Origin: Acidobacteriaceae bacterium | Lineage (GTDB): Bacteria > Acidobacteriota > Terriglobia > Terriglobales > Acidobacteriaceae | DNA: 45,054 nt | Direction of reading: 5' to 3' | Assembly (NCBI GenBank): GCA_003140785.1 | Contig: PLKY01000383.1 | Location: 43,465-88,518 of the forward strand | Shown: in pieces, positions 8,822 to 17,666 of the stretch | Position numbering within the stretch: the stretch's first letter is position 1 | How the letters are laid out: each line of letters opens with the position of its first letter | The notes under the pieces: model-generated | What the model saw: only the letters and a program-made list of their open reading frames with translations | The model's database searches: none | Told to the model about the DNA's origin: nothing | Program-made: the position numbers and the translations under genes

Positions 8822-9847
8822 GTGAGTACCGTCATCACGGAGACACCAGTCGCTCCCCAGCGCGCGGCGTCCGGACCTGAGGAAAAGCGGGTTTTATTGC
8901 TTAAGCCTCGTGGGTTCTGCGCGGGCGTAGTGCGGGCCATCGACATTGTTCGGATTGCGCTGGAGACGTTTGGCGCGCCGATTTACGTCCGCAAAGAGAT
9001 TGTCCATAACCGCTTTGTTGTGAATGAGCTGGCGGAAAAGGGCGCGGTTTTTGTCGACGACATCCATCAGGTTCCTGAGGGCGCGCGGGTAATTTATTCG
9101 GCGCACGGCGTGTCGCCGGCGGTCCGCGAGGAATCGAAGAAGCAGAAGCTGAAGGTGATTGACGCGACCTGCCCGCTGGTGACCAAGGTCCACGTCGAGG
9201 CCGTCAAGTTTGCCCGGCAGGGGTATTCGCTGGTGCTGATCGGGCACCGGGACCACGATGAGATTGAAGGAACGCTGGGCGAGGCGCCGGATGTGACGCA
9301 AGTCGTCTCGAGCGTCCAGGAAGTGCAGACGCTGGAGGTTCCGGATCCGGAGCACGTGGCGTATCTGACGCAGACGACGCTGTCGCTGGATGAGTCGCAC
9401 GACATCATTCAGGCGCTGAAGATCAAGTTCCCGAAGATCGTGGGGCCGCATTCGCAGGATATTTGTTATGCGACGGAGAACCGGCAGGTCGCGGTGAAAA
9501 ACGTCGCGCACAGCGCGGACCTGGTGCTGGTGGTGGGTTCGAACAACAGCTCGAACTCGAACCGGCTGGTCGAGGTTTCGTGCAACCTGGGCACGCAGGG
9601 CTACCTGATCGACAACGCGGAGGCGATCGATCCGGAGTGGCTGAAGGGCGTGCGCAACGTGGCTGTGACGGCAGGAGCGTCGGCGCCGGAGATTCTGGTC
9701 GAGGGCGTCATCGATTACCTGAAGAACAACGGCTTTGGAACGGTCGAGGAAGTTGAGGTCATGCCGGAGAACGTCCGGTTTGGGCTTCCTCCGGAGATCG
9801 TACAGGCAATACAGTCGGCTCCCGCAACAACCCCTGCGGGTGTCTGA
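8822..9847 (+). CDS. ispH: 4-hydroxy-3-methylbut-2-enyl diphosphate reductase (IspH/LytB)
   Basis: PRGFCAGV, IVHN, SAHG, DATCPLV, QTTLS, DICYAT, SSNS and TAGASAP motifs. Start GTG 8822 chosen. Confidence 0.96.
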   Translation: MSTVITETPVAPQRAASGPEEKRVLLLKPRGFCAGVVRAIDIVRIALETFGAPIYVRKEIVHNRFVVNELAEKGAVFVDDIHQVPEGARVIYSAHGVSPAVREESKKQKLKVIDATCPLVTKVHVEAVKFARQGYSLVLIGHRDHDEIEGTLGEAPDVTQVVSSVQEVQTLEVPDPEHVAYLTQTTLSLDESHDIIQALKIKFPKIVGPHSQDICYATENRQVAVKNVAHSADLVLVVGSNNSSNSNRLVEVSCNLGTQGYLIDNAEAIDPEWLKGVRNVAVTAGASAPEILVEGVIDYLKNNGFGTVEEVEVMPENVRFGLPPEIVQAIQSAPATTPAGV

Positions 9848-9897
9848 TCAACCGGTGCGGACAGCGCACCGCAATGCGGACGGGCGGTTTCGAACAA

Positions 9898-11964
9898 ATG
9901 AGCGCAGCCTTTCAAAGATTGCGGCCGGAGTTTATTTCGACAGCGGAAAGTCCCATCGACGAAGCGCGCAGTTCGGCTCCGGCGCAGGTGAGATTTGGGC
10001 GGATCGATGCCGCGCCGGAAGACGTGGCGCAGGCGATTGAGCGCTCGCGCGAGTCGCTGCTGGAGCGCCAGCATCCGGAAGGCTTCTGGGTCGGGGAGCT
10101 CGAAGGCGACTCGATGCTCGAAGCGGACTACATTTTTGTGCACGTGCTGCTGGGGACCGGCGATCCAGGCAAGATGCTGCGAGCGCTGACGGAGATCATG
10201 CGCTACCGGAACGATGATGGGAGCTGGTCGCTGTATCCGGGCGGACCGGGAAACATCAGCCTGTCGGTGAAGTGCTATTTCGCGAACAAATTGATGGGGG
10301 TTTCCGCGGACGAGCCGCACATGGCCGAGACGCGGAAGTGGATTCTGGCGCACGGCGGCGTGACGGAGTGCAATACCTTCACGAAGATTTATCTGTGCGC
10401 GCTGGGGCAGTACGAGTACAACTCGGTGCCGGCGATTCCGCCGGAGATCGTGCTGTTTCCGAAATGGTTCTGGTTCAACATCTACGAAATTTCGTCCTGG
10501 TCGCGGGCAATTTTGGTGCCTCTGTCGATTGCGTACGCGAAGAAGCCGTACAAGAGGATTCCGCCAGAGCACGGGATCAGCGAATTGTTTGTGGGCGGGC
10601 GCGAGCATGCCGATCTGCGACTGAAGTGGGATAAGACCCACAGGATCAGCTGGCGGAATTTCTTCATCTTCCTCGACCGGGTGATCCATTGGTTCGAGCG
10701 GATTCACATTCGGCCGTTGCGCTCGCACGCGCTGAAGGTGGCGCAGAAGTGGATGCTGGAGCGGCTGGAGATGTCCGATGGGCTGGGCGCGATCTATCCG
10801 GCGATTTTGAATTCGATCATCGCGCTGCGATGCCTCGGGTATTCGCTGGACGATCCGCAGGTGATCCGTGCGATCGATGAGTTCGAGCGGCTGGGGATCG
10901 ACGAGCCGCAGGGGACGAAGGACTGTCCGGAGCCGACGTTCCGGATGCAGCCGTGTATGTCTCCGGTGTGGGACACAGCACAGGCGATGTACGCGTTGGG
11001 CGAAGCGGGGCTGGATCGCAAGGACGCGCGGTTGCTGCGGGCGGCGGACTGGATGCTGTCGAAGGAAGTGCGGCACAAAGGCGACTGGGCGGTGAAGAAT
11101 CGGGGGGCGGCGCCGGGCGGATGGTACTTCGAGTATAACAATGAGTTTTACCCGGATGTGGATGATACGGCACAGGTTCTTATGGCGCTGAATAAGGTCG
11201 ATAATCCGCGCGAGCGCTATCAGTATGACGTTTGCCAGCGGGCGATCGAGTGGGTCTTCTCGATGCAGTGCCGGAACGGCGGGTGGGCGAGCTTCGACAA
11301 AGACAACACGAAGATGATCTTCCAGCAAATTCCGTTTGCGGACCACAACGCGATGCTGGATCCGCCGACGGTGGACATCACAGGACGGATTCTGGAGATG
11401 CTGGCGACGTACGGCTACACGCGCAAGGATCGGCGCGTGGAGAAGGCCATCAAGTTCATCTACGCGGAGCAGGAATCCGATGGCAGTTGGTTCGGGCGTT
11501 GGGGCGTGAACTATCTGTACGGGACGTTCCTGGTGCTGCGGGGCCTCGAGGCCATGGGCGTGTGGAATCACGAGCCGGAGATCCAGCAGGCGGCGGAGTG
11601 GATCCGCATGGTGCAGAACGCCGATGGCGGATGGGGCGAGAGCTGCGAGAGCTACGACGATCCGACGACTCGCGGCGTTGGAGTGAGCACACCCTCGCAG
11701 ACGGCGTGGGGGATCCTGGGGCTGCTGGCGGCCGGCGATACACGGAGCGACTCGGTGGCGAAGGGCATCAAATGGTTGCTGGCCCGGCAGCAGGCCGATG
11801 GCTCGTGGGACGAGAGCTTCGGGCAGGGCAAGACGCGGCAGGCGTTTTATACGGGAACGGGATTTCCGCGGGTGTTTTATCTGGCGTATCCGCTGTACCG
11901 GGATTATTTCGCGCTACTGGCGCTGACGAGTTACAAGCGGGCCATGGAGAAAGCAGCGGCGTAG
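9898..11964 (+). CDS. shc: Squalene-hopene cyclase (HpnF)
   Basis: Catalytic YPDVDDTA (DxDD), several QW repeats (QxxDGxW), SPVWDT and GTGFPRVFYL. Start ATG 9898 or 9874. Confidence 0.96.
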   Translation: MSAAFQRLRPEFISTAESPIDEARSSAPAQVRFGRIDAAPEDVAQAIERSRESLLERQHPEGFWVGELEGDSMLEADYIFVHVLLGTGDPGKMLRALTEIMRYRNDDGSWSLYPGGPGNISLSVKCYFANKLMGVSADEPHMAETRKWILAHGGVTECNTFTKIYLCALGQYEYNSVPAIPPEIVLFPKWFWFNIYEISSWSRAILVPLSIAYAKKPYKRIPPEHGISELFVGGREHADLRLKWDKTHRISWRNFFIFLDRVIHWFERIHIRPLRSHALKVAQKWMLERLEMSDGLGAIYPAILNSIIALRCLGYSLDDPQVIRAIDEFERLGIDEPQGTKDCPEPTFRMQPCMSPVWDTAQAMYALGEAGLDRKDARLLRAADWMLSKEVRHKGDWAVKNRGAAPGGWYFEYNNEFYPDVDDTAQVLMALNKVDNPRERYQYDVCQRAIEWVFSMQCRNGGWASFDKDNTKMIFQQIPFADHNAMLDPPTVDITGRILEMLATYGYTRKDRRVEKAIKFIYAEQESDGSWFGRWGVNYLYGTFLVLRGLEAMGVWNHEPEIQQAAEWIRMVQNADGGWGESCESYDDPTTRGVGVSTPSQTAWGILGLLAAGDTRSDSVAKGIKWLLARQQADGSWDESFGQGKTRQAFYTGTGFPRVFYLAYPLYRDYFALLALTSYKRAMEKAAA

Positions 11965-11998
11965 AGAGTTTGATCTGGCATTTGTTACTGGGAGAGAG

Positions 11999-12063
11999 AA
12001 AAAGCAGGTCCTTCGACTCCCCGTTCGGCGCGCTGCGCTTGCTCAGGGTCGCTCAGGATGACG
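11999..12063. repeat. REP-like intergenic element (GCAGGTCCTTCGACT...CGCTCAGGATGAC)
   Basis: The ends GTCCT/AGGAT can pair, and GCTCAGG is duplicated internally. It resembles from memory a dispersed repeat of acidobacterial genomes. Single copy in this window. Confidence 0.5.
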
Positions 12064-12095
12064 ATTTGAGTTCTTTAAGTGGAGGAAATGACTGA

Positions 12096-13235
12096 ATGGC
12101 AGTACCTGTATCGCAGGCGTGGACGGTAGCAACGTACGTGCTGGGGCAGAAGCTGAAGGGCCGGAAGCGCTTTCCGCTGGTGACCATGCTGGAGCCTCTG
12201 TTCCGCTGCAACCTGGCGTGCGCCGGGTGCGGGAAGATTCAGTATCCGCCGCACATCCTGAAGCAGGAGCTGACGCCGGAGGAATGCTTCCGGGCGGTGG
12301 AGGAATCGGGCACGCCGATGGTGTCGATCCCGGGCGGCGAGCCGCTGCTGCATCCGCAGATCGACAAGATTGTTGAGGGCTTGGTTGTGCGGAAGAAGTA
12401 CGTGTATTTGTGTACGAACGCGCTGCTTCTGAAAGAAAAGCTTCACCTGTTCAAGCCGAGCAAGTATCTGTCGTTTTCGGTGCATCTGGATGGACAGCGC
12501 GAGCACCACGACTTCTCCGTGTGCCGCGAGGGCGGATACGACATCGCGATGGAGGGGATTAAGGCGGCGGTGGCGGCGGGATTTCGCGTGACGACGAACA
12601 CTACGCTGTTCGATGGGGCCGATCCGAACTCGGTGCGCGGGCACTTCGACGAGGTGATGGCTGCGGGCGTCGAGGCGATGATGGTGGCGCCGGGCTACAC
12701 GTACGAGAAGGCGCCGGATCAGAAGCATTTTCTGGGGCGGGCGCGGTCGCGGCGGCTGTTCCGCGCGATTCTGTCCAACCGGAAGAAGAGCTGGAAGTTC
12801 AACGCGAATTATCTCTACCTCGAATTCATCATGGGAAAGCGGGACTTCAAGTGCACGGCGTGGGCGATGCCGACGTTCAGCATCTTCGGCTGGCAGAAGC
12901 CGTGCTACCTGCTGCAGGACGGCTACGCGGACACGTTCCAGGAGCTGATTGACGGCACGAACTGGGACAACTACGGGACGGAGAGCGGCAATCCGAAATG
13001 CGCGAACTGCATGGTGCACTCGGGGTACGAGGGCACGGCGGTGAACTACACGTTCGGATCGCTGAAGGGGCTGTGGCAGACGGCGAAAGCGATGATGAAT
13101 CGCTACGAGGACAAGGGCGCGCTGGATTTGCTGCACGAGCCGGTGAAGCCGGTGCATAGCTTCAATCCGCTGGTTCAAATCGAGCAAGTCCAGATTGAGA
13201 CGCATGTCCGCGTGGAAGAGGGAACTCGGGTATGA
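12096..13235 (+). CDS. hpnH: Adenosylhopane synthase (hopanoid radical SAM HpnH)
   Basis: LEPLFRCNLACAGCGKI, GGEPLLHP, GWQKPCYLL and CANCMVHSGYE; downstream of shc; GGAGG RBS. Confidence 0.95.
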   Translation: MAVPVSQAWTVATYVLGQKLKGRKRFPLVTMLEPLFRCNLACAGCGKIQYPPHILKQELTPEECFRAVEESGTPMVSIPGGEPLLHPQIDKIVEGLVVRKKYVYLCTNALLLKEKLHLFKPSKYLSFSVHLDGQREHHDFSVCREGGYDIAMEGIKAAVAAGFRVTTNTTLFDGADPNSVRGHFDEVMAAGVEAMMVAPGYTYEKAPDQKHFLGRARSRRLFRAILSNRKKSWKFNANYLYLEFIMGKRDFKCTAWAMPTFSIFGWQKPCYLLQDGYADTFQELIDGTNWDNYGTESGNPKCANCMVHSGYEGTAVNYTFGSLKGLWQTAKAMMNRYEDKGALDLLHEPVKPVHSFNPLVQIEQVQIETHVRVEEGTRV

Positions 13236-13654
13236 GCCACGCCGAACCGAGCACAGTGGTCGATCCGAACAGCGTCGAGGTGATGGAGGGCCGCCAGCGC
13301 GAGCAGCTGGAGGGGTGGATTCCGTCGCTGGCGAGCGAGGATGAGATTCGTCAGGCGCTCGAGAAGGCCTTCGATTATCGCGGCGATGTGACGCTGACGC
13401 TGAAGGACGGGCGCGTGGTGCATGGGTACGTGTTCGATCGGCGGACGGGTGCGACGTTGCAGGATTCGGCAGTGCGCGTGATGCCGTCGGAGGAGCGGAT
13501 GAAGCTGACCATTCCGTACGCCGAGATTGCCGCGCTGGCGTTCACCGGGCGCGACAACGCTGCGGGCAGGACGTTCGACGCTTGGGTGAAGAAGTACTGG
13601 GAGAAGAAGGCCGCGGGCGAGAAGAATATTGCCATCGAGCCGGAACAACTGTAG
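13232..13654 (+). CDS. Hypothetical protein coupled to hpnH (possible Sm/LSm-like beta-barrel)
   Basis: ATGA overlap with the hpnH stop. The DYRGDVTLTLKDGRVVHGYVFD pattern resembles an Sm1 motif. Confidence 0.75.
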   Translation: MSHAEPSTVVDPNSVEVMEGRQREQLEGWIPSLASEDEIRQALEKAFDYRGDVTLTLKDGRVVHGYVFDRRTGATLQDSAVRVMPSEERMKLTIPYAEIAALAFTGRDNAAGRTFDAWVKKYWEKKAAGEKNIAIEPEQL

Positions 13655-13656
13655 CA

Positions 13657-13701
13657 GCTATAAGCCGGTCAGCTGAAATTCGGTTAGCTAAGAACCGGTG
13701 A
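13657..13701. repeat. Second array of the ~15-bp CAGCTAAGAACCGGT-type repeat, 3 units
   Basis: Units: cagctataagccggt / cagctgaaattcggt / tagctaagaaccggt, lying between convergent genes. Confidence 0.6.
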
Positions 13702-13738
13702 GCGTTCGTTGGACATTGCGACCTCTTCACCGTACGGT

Positions 13739-15298
13739 TCATCCCCACTTTTTGATCTTCGGCCAGACAGCCTGTAGATTCCATTTCAATCCGCGGCAGA
13801 TCCAGATGGTGAAGTGCTCGTCTTCGCGGGACCAGGGGTTGTCGACCTTCTGACCGGAGTCGATGACGGTCTGGAAATAGTCGCGGTCGCCGGTGCCGTC
13901 GCTGCCGAGGACGATCATCGTGCTGCCGTCGTAATCGCGGGGTCCCCAAAACCAATAGGAATTGTGCATGCTGATAGCGCGCGGCAGGCCATATTTCGGG
14001 CCGAAGTAGTCGATGGCGGCGGCTTCGCCCCAGTCGTTGGCGAAGATGGCGGTGTGGGCGCGCTCTGCGAGCGGAAGACTGTTATAGACGGCGGCGGTCT
14101 TGCGGACCATGTCTTCCCAGCCGAATTCGTCGGCGAAGAACTGGGGAAGACGGCCGGTGCGCTGATTCTCGGCTTTGATGATGGGTCCGATGCCGAGCGC
14201 GTGCTCGTAGCGGAGATAGGTTTCGGGACGAACCAGCGGGAGAGACAGTGGCGCGAGGAGGATTCCTGAGACGGCGAGCAGAGTGCTGTAGGCGGCGCGC
14301 GACCAGGGGTTGCGGAACCAGCTACTGAAGGCAACTGCGCCCGCGGCGAACATCATGGGATAGATGGGGGAGACGTAGTAGTTCTTGCCCTGGGTGATCA
14401 TCAACGCGCCGTAGACGACCAGGAAGGTCCAGGCGAGGATGCTGTAGCGAGCGCCTGCGCGGGTGAAGAGGAGCCACAGCAATCCGAGGACCCACAAAAC
14501 AGCCGAGACAGGATTAAGGATTTGGGCCTGATCGAGGAAAAAGGCGATGGGTCCGCGCCGGACGTCGCGCGGCGTGCTGCGGACGTTGCGCTCGTATTCG
14601 AGAAAAGGGAAGTGATGCTGCACGAGCCAGACGAGGTGGGGCAGGAAGATGAGGATGGCGGCGAGGCCGCCGAGCCAGAACCATTTTGAGAGGAAGACGC
14701 GGCGATGGGGCGTGAGGACGAGGCCGAGGAGCAGGCCTGCCGCGAAGAGGACGATGGAGTACTTCATCTCGAGGCCGATGCCGCAGAGGACGCCGATCCA
14801 GAGCCACCAGCGCAGGTTGGCGGTTTCGATGTAGCGGAGGACGCACCAGACGCAGGCCATCCAGAGCAGCGGCTCGACGGCGTTCATGGTGAACCAGTGC
14901 TGCATGAGCATGTAGATGGGCGCGGTGAACACGGCGAGAGCGGCGAGCGCCTGGGCCATGCGGCCGCCGCCCATCTGGCGGGTCATGATGCCGGTCAGCA
15001 AGACGAGGGCGGCACCGGCAAGCGCGGGCAGGAGCCGGATAGCTAAGAGGGACGTGCCGAGGGTGTGGCTGACCAGCCAGGCCAGGAAGGGCCAGAACGG
15101 CGGGTGGTCGACGTAGCCCCAGGCGAGATGCTGGCCACAGGCGAGGTAGTACATCTCGTCGCGGAAGATGCCGTAGTGGGGGATGGCGCGGAGCTGGAGG
15201 GCGAACTTGAGGAGCGCGATGCCGGCGACGACGGCGCTTCCCGAAACGAACCAGCGCGTGGGGCGGGCGGCGGGGGAAACGGCTGTGGAGGCGTTCAC
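13739..15298 (-). CDS. GT-C fold glycosyltransferase (ArnT/PMT_2-like)
   Basis: FRDEMYY and GYVDHPP first-loop motifs, about 11 TM segments and a soluble C-terminal domain. Confidence 0.85.
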   Translation of the reverse strand: MNASTAVSPAARPTRWFVSGSAVVAGIALLKFALQLRAIPHYGIFRDEMYYLACGQHLAWGYVDHPPFWPFLAWLVSHTLGTSLLAIRLLPALAGAALVLLTGIMTRQMGGGRMAQALAALAVFTAPIYMLMQHWFTMNAVEPLLWMACVWCVLRYIETANLRWWLWIGVLCGIGLEMKYSIVLFAAGLLLGLVLTPHRRVFLSKWFWLGGLAAILIFLPHLVWLVQHHFPFLEYERNVRSTPRDVRRGPIAFFLDQAQILNPVSAVLWVLGLLWLLFTRAGARYSILAWTFLVVYGALMITQGKNYYVSPIYPMMFAAGAVAFSSWFRNPWSRAAYSTLLAVSGILLAPLSLPLVRPETYLRYEHALGIGPIIKAENQRTGRLPQFFADEFGWEDMVRKTAAVYNSLPLAERAHTAIFANDWGEAAAIDYFGPKYGLPRAISMHNSYWFWGPRDYDGSTMIVLGSDGTGDRDYFQTVIDSGQKVDNPWSREDEHFTIWICRGLKWNLQAVWPKIKKWG

Positions 15299-15458
15299 GA
15301 TAACTCCTGAACAGTGGCTGGTTTAGCTACGCAGAGGGGCAGGAAGGGGTTCCGCGTGCCAGGTCGTGTCAGACGCAATCTTTATCTTTACTTCGAAAAC
15401 GAGTCCATGCTACGTTCCTATACCAAATCCCCCAAGCCCAGAGAAGTGGAGATAACAG

Positions 15459-16790
15459 GTGTTTTGCGTTCAATGTGGGTCCGATGTTCCTACGGAAAGC
15501 AAATTCTGCGTTAACTGCGGGGCTCCGGCCTATCACGCCGGCAGCGCTCCAGCCGGCCAGCCCGTCCCGTCCGTTCCCGCCTTTCAGGCCGTTGCGCAAC
15601 CAGGGGTTCAGGTGGTGCCGGTTGGTTATCCCGGCATGCCTCAGCCGCAACCGGTGTACTACGTGCTACCTCAGGCGCTCCCTCATCAGCATACCGTCCA
15701 GCAACTGAACTTTCTTCATAGCCTGCAGGGCCGGATCCAGAGCCTGGCCTCCACGGAACAACTGGAAGGGTTCAGCCTGAAGGAGATGTTTTCGGGCGTC
15801 TTCAAGAAGCGGAGCCCCGAGCAGGTGGAAGACTACATGCTGGTCGGCAGCGCGAAGACGACGCTCGCGATTGAACTGGTGGAAACCGGTTGGCCGAAGC
15901 CGTGGCTTTTCTTCCGCGTGCTGGCCACGCTGGTCGTCGCGTACGTGGTCTGCACGCAAATGCTTTTGCGTCTGTCGGACGCTGGAAACCTGATTCCAGC
16001 GGTGATGATTCTCGGCTCGTTCGCGTTTCCGCTGTCGACGCTGGTGCTTTTTTTCGAGATGAATACGCCGCGGAACGTATCCCTGCATATGGTGGGGAAG
16101 CTGTTTGTGTTTGGGGCGGTGGTGTCTCTGGGCGTGGCTCTGCTCGGCTACAGCCTGCCGATTTTCCAGCTGGGAACGTGGGAAGCGGGCATTGTCGAGG
16201 AGGTCGCCAAGCTGCTGACGGTGGTGATCGTGATGCGCGGCGCCCGCTATAAATACATCCTGAACGGGATTCTGTTTGGAGCGACGGTGGGCGCGGGCTT
16301 CGCGTGTTTTGAAACGGCGGGTTACGCGCTAAACTCGGCGCTGCTGCCTGGGTTGCTCCAGGGCCTGCAAGCGGGGCAGACCGTCGACGTGGCAACGCAC
16401 GCGGGCATCGTTTCGATGCTGCAGATTCTGCGGCTGCGCGGCATTCTGGCTCCGCTGGGGCACGTGGCGTGGACGGCGATCGCGGCGGGCGCGTTCTGGC
16501 GCGTGAAGCAGGACAAGCCTGTGAACCCCTCCATGTTTCTTGACAGTCGCTTTCTTAAGGCATTCCTGATCCCGGTGTCGATGCACGCGCTGTGGGACGC
16601 TCCGGCCTTCATGCAGTTGCCGTTTCTTGGAAATTCCATCATCACCGGCGTCATTTCCTGGTATGTTGTATTCGGCCTCGTGCAACAGGGCTTGCGGCAG
16701 GTAAGAGATGAGCAGCGAGGTCATCTGCAGCAGACGCTGCAGACTGTGGAAGCTTCCATGCAGCCCGCGGGCAGCGTCGCGGTTTCGTAG
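15459..16790 (+). CDS. PrsW family intramembrane protease with N-terminal zinc ribbon
   Basis: CVQCG...FCVNCG zinc ribbon; PrsW motifs EEVAK, FACFE, GH and HALWD are all intact. Confidence 0.88.
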   Translation: MFCVQCGSDVPTESKFCVNCGAPAYHAGSAPAGQPVPSVPAFQAVAQPGVQVVPVGYPGMPQPQPVYYVLPQALPHQHTVQQLNFLHSLQGRIQSLASTEQLEGFSLKEMFSGVFKKRSPEQVEDYMLVGSAKTTLAIELVETGWPKPWLFFRVLATLVVAYVVCTQMLLRLSDAGNLIPAVMILGSFAFPLSTLVLFFEMNTPRNVSLHMVGKLFVFGAVVSLGVALLGYSLPIFQLGTWEAGIVEEVAKLLTVVIVMRGARYKYILNGILFGATVGAGFACFETAGYALNSALLPGLLQGLQAGQTVDVATHAGIVSMLQILRLRGILAPLGHVAWTAIAAGAFWRVKQDKPVNPSMFLDSRFLKAFLIPVSMHALWDAPAFMQLPFLGNSIITGVISWYVVFGLVQQGLRQVRDEQRGHLQQTLQTVEASMQPAGSVAVS

Positions 16791-16842
16791 AGTACTCACG
16801 GGCGCTAACCTACGATTCGAATTCTGAGGAGACTGAAAGTCC

Positions 16843-17604
16843 ATGGCATTTTGTAACAGTTGCGGTACACAGTTAAAGGGCGCTGAGAAGTTCTGTTCCC
16901 AGTGCGGAGCCGATGTCAGCGCGAAGACAACGGGCGCAACGGCAGCCAGTACGCCTGCCACGCCGGCAGCGAGCGCGCCGCCGGTGTCGATACCCAACGC
17001 TGCTCCTGCGACGCCGTTCGTGCCGCCGCCTGCGGCACAACCCTTCGCCGGTGCACCGGTGCACTATCCGCCGCCGGGAGCGATTCCGGTGGCCTACCCG
17101 CCGCCTCCACAACCCACCGCGCAGAAAAAGGGAATGATGGGAACAGTGGTCGTGGTCCTCATCGTGGCTGCGATCGGCTATTACTACTACAACAAAACGC
17201 ACAATCCGACTCCTCCGGCGGCGAATAACCCGCCCGCGTCGCAGCCTGGCACGCCGAGCAGTCCTCCGGCGAATACCCCGCCGCCGAGTCCCGGGGCAGG
17301 CGGGGCAAATGCGGCACTGGTGAACCAGCAGTCGTTCGACGCACAGTGGGCCAACCAAAATGGAATGCTGGTGCTGACGACCGCGAAATGGAGCAACAAC
17401 TCGACGGCCAACATTACGTCGGCCGTGGTGCAGTGCGAGCAGGACGACGCCAGCGGGACCGATCTGTCGCAGTATCGCGTGACGCTCAACGGCCCGACCG
17501 CGCCGAATACGTGGAGCAGTTTTAGCAATATTCAGATTGGCGCCGTTGCCAACAACATGAGCAAGGTGAACTGCTCCATTGTGCACGTGAAGCCGGCCAG
17601 CTGA
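16843..17604 (+). CDS. Zinc-ribbon single-pass membrane protein with Pro-rich linkers and an extracytoplasmic beta domain
   Basis: CNSCG...FCSQCG zinc ribbon; KK followed by one TM helix (VVVVLIVAAIGYYYY); C-terminal domain with two Cys; AGGAG RBS. Confidence 0.85.
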   Translation: MAFCNSCGTQLKGAEKFCSQCGADVSAKTTGATAASTPATPAASAPPVSIPNAAPATPFVPPPAAQPFAGAPVHYPPPGAIPVAYPPPPQPTAQKKGMMGTVVVVLIVAAIGYYYYNKTHNPTPPAANNPPASQPGTPSSPPANTPPPSPGAGGANAALVNQQSFDAQWANQNGMLVLTTAKWSNNSTANITSAVVQCEQDDASGTDLSQYRVTLNGPTAPNTWSSFSNIQIGAVANNMSKVNCSIVHVKPAS

Positions 17605-17666
17605 GGGGGTGTCTCAAGCTGCCTGGGGCGAGCGGTTAGCCGGGGCGTGTGGGTGTGACGCAGGCG

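Noticed and set aside
9715-11571. 618-aa minus-strand ORF, and similar long antisense ORFs (12075-13205, 19242-20225, 26607-27521, 30636-31655, 42897-43838)
   Set aside because: They are shadows of well-supported genes on the opposite strand, expected with high GC3, and carry no recognisable motifs.
13739-15298. ArnT/PMT-like GT-C as part of the hopanoid cluster or the glycan locus
   Set aside because: It is convergent to the hpn genes and more than 6 kb from the glycan locus, with unrelated genes between; nothing in the sequence links them.
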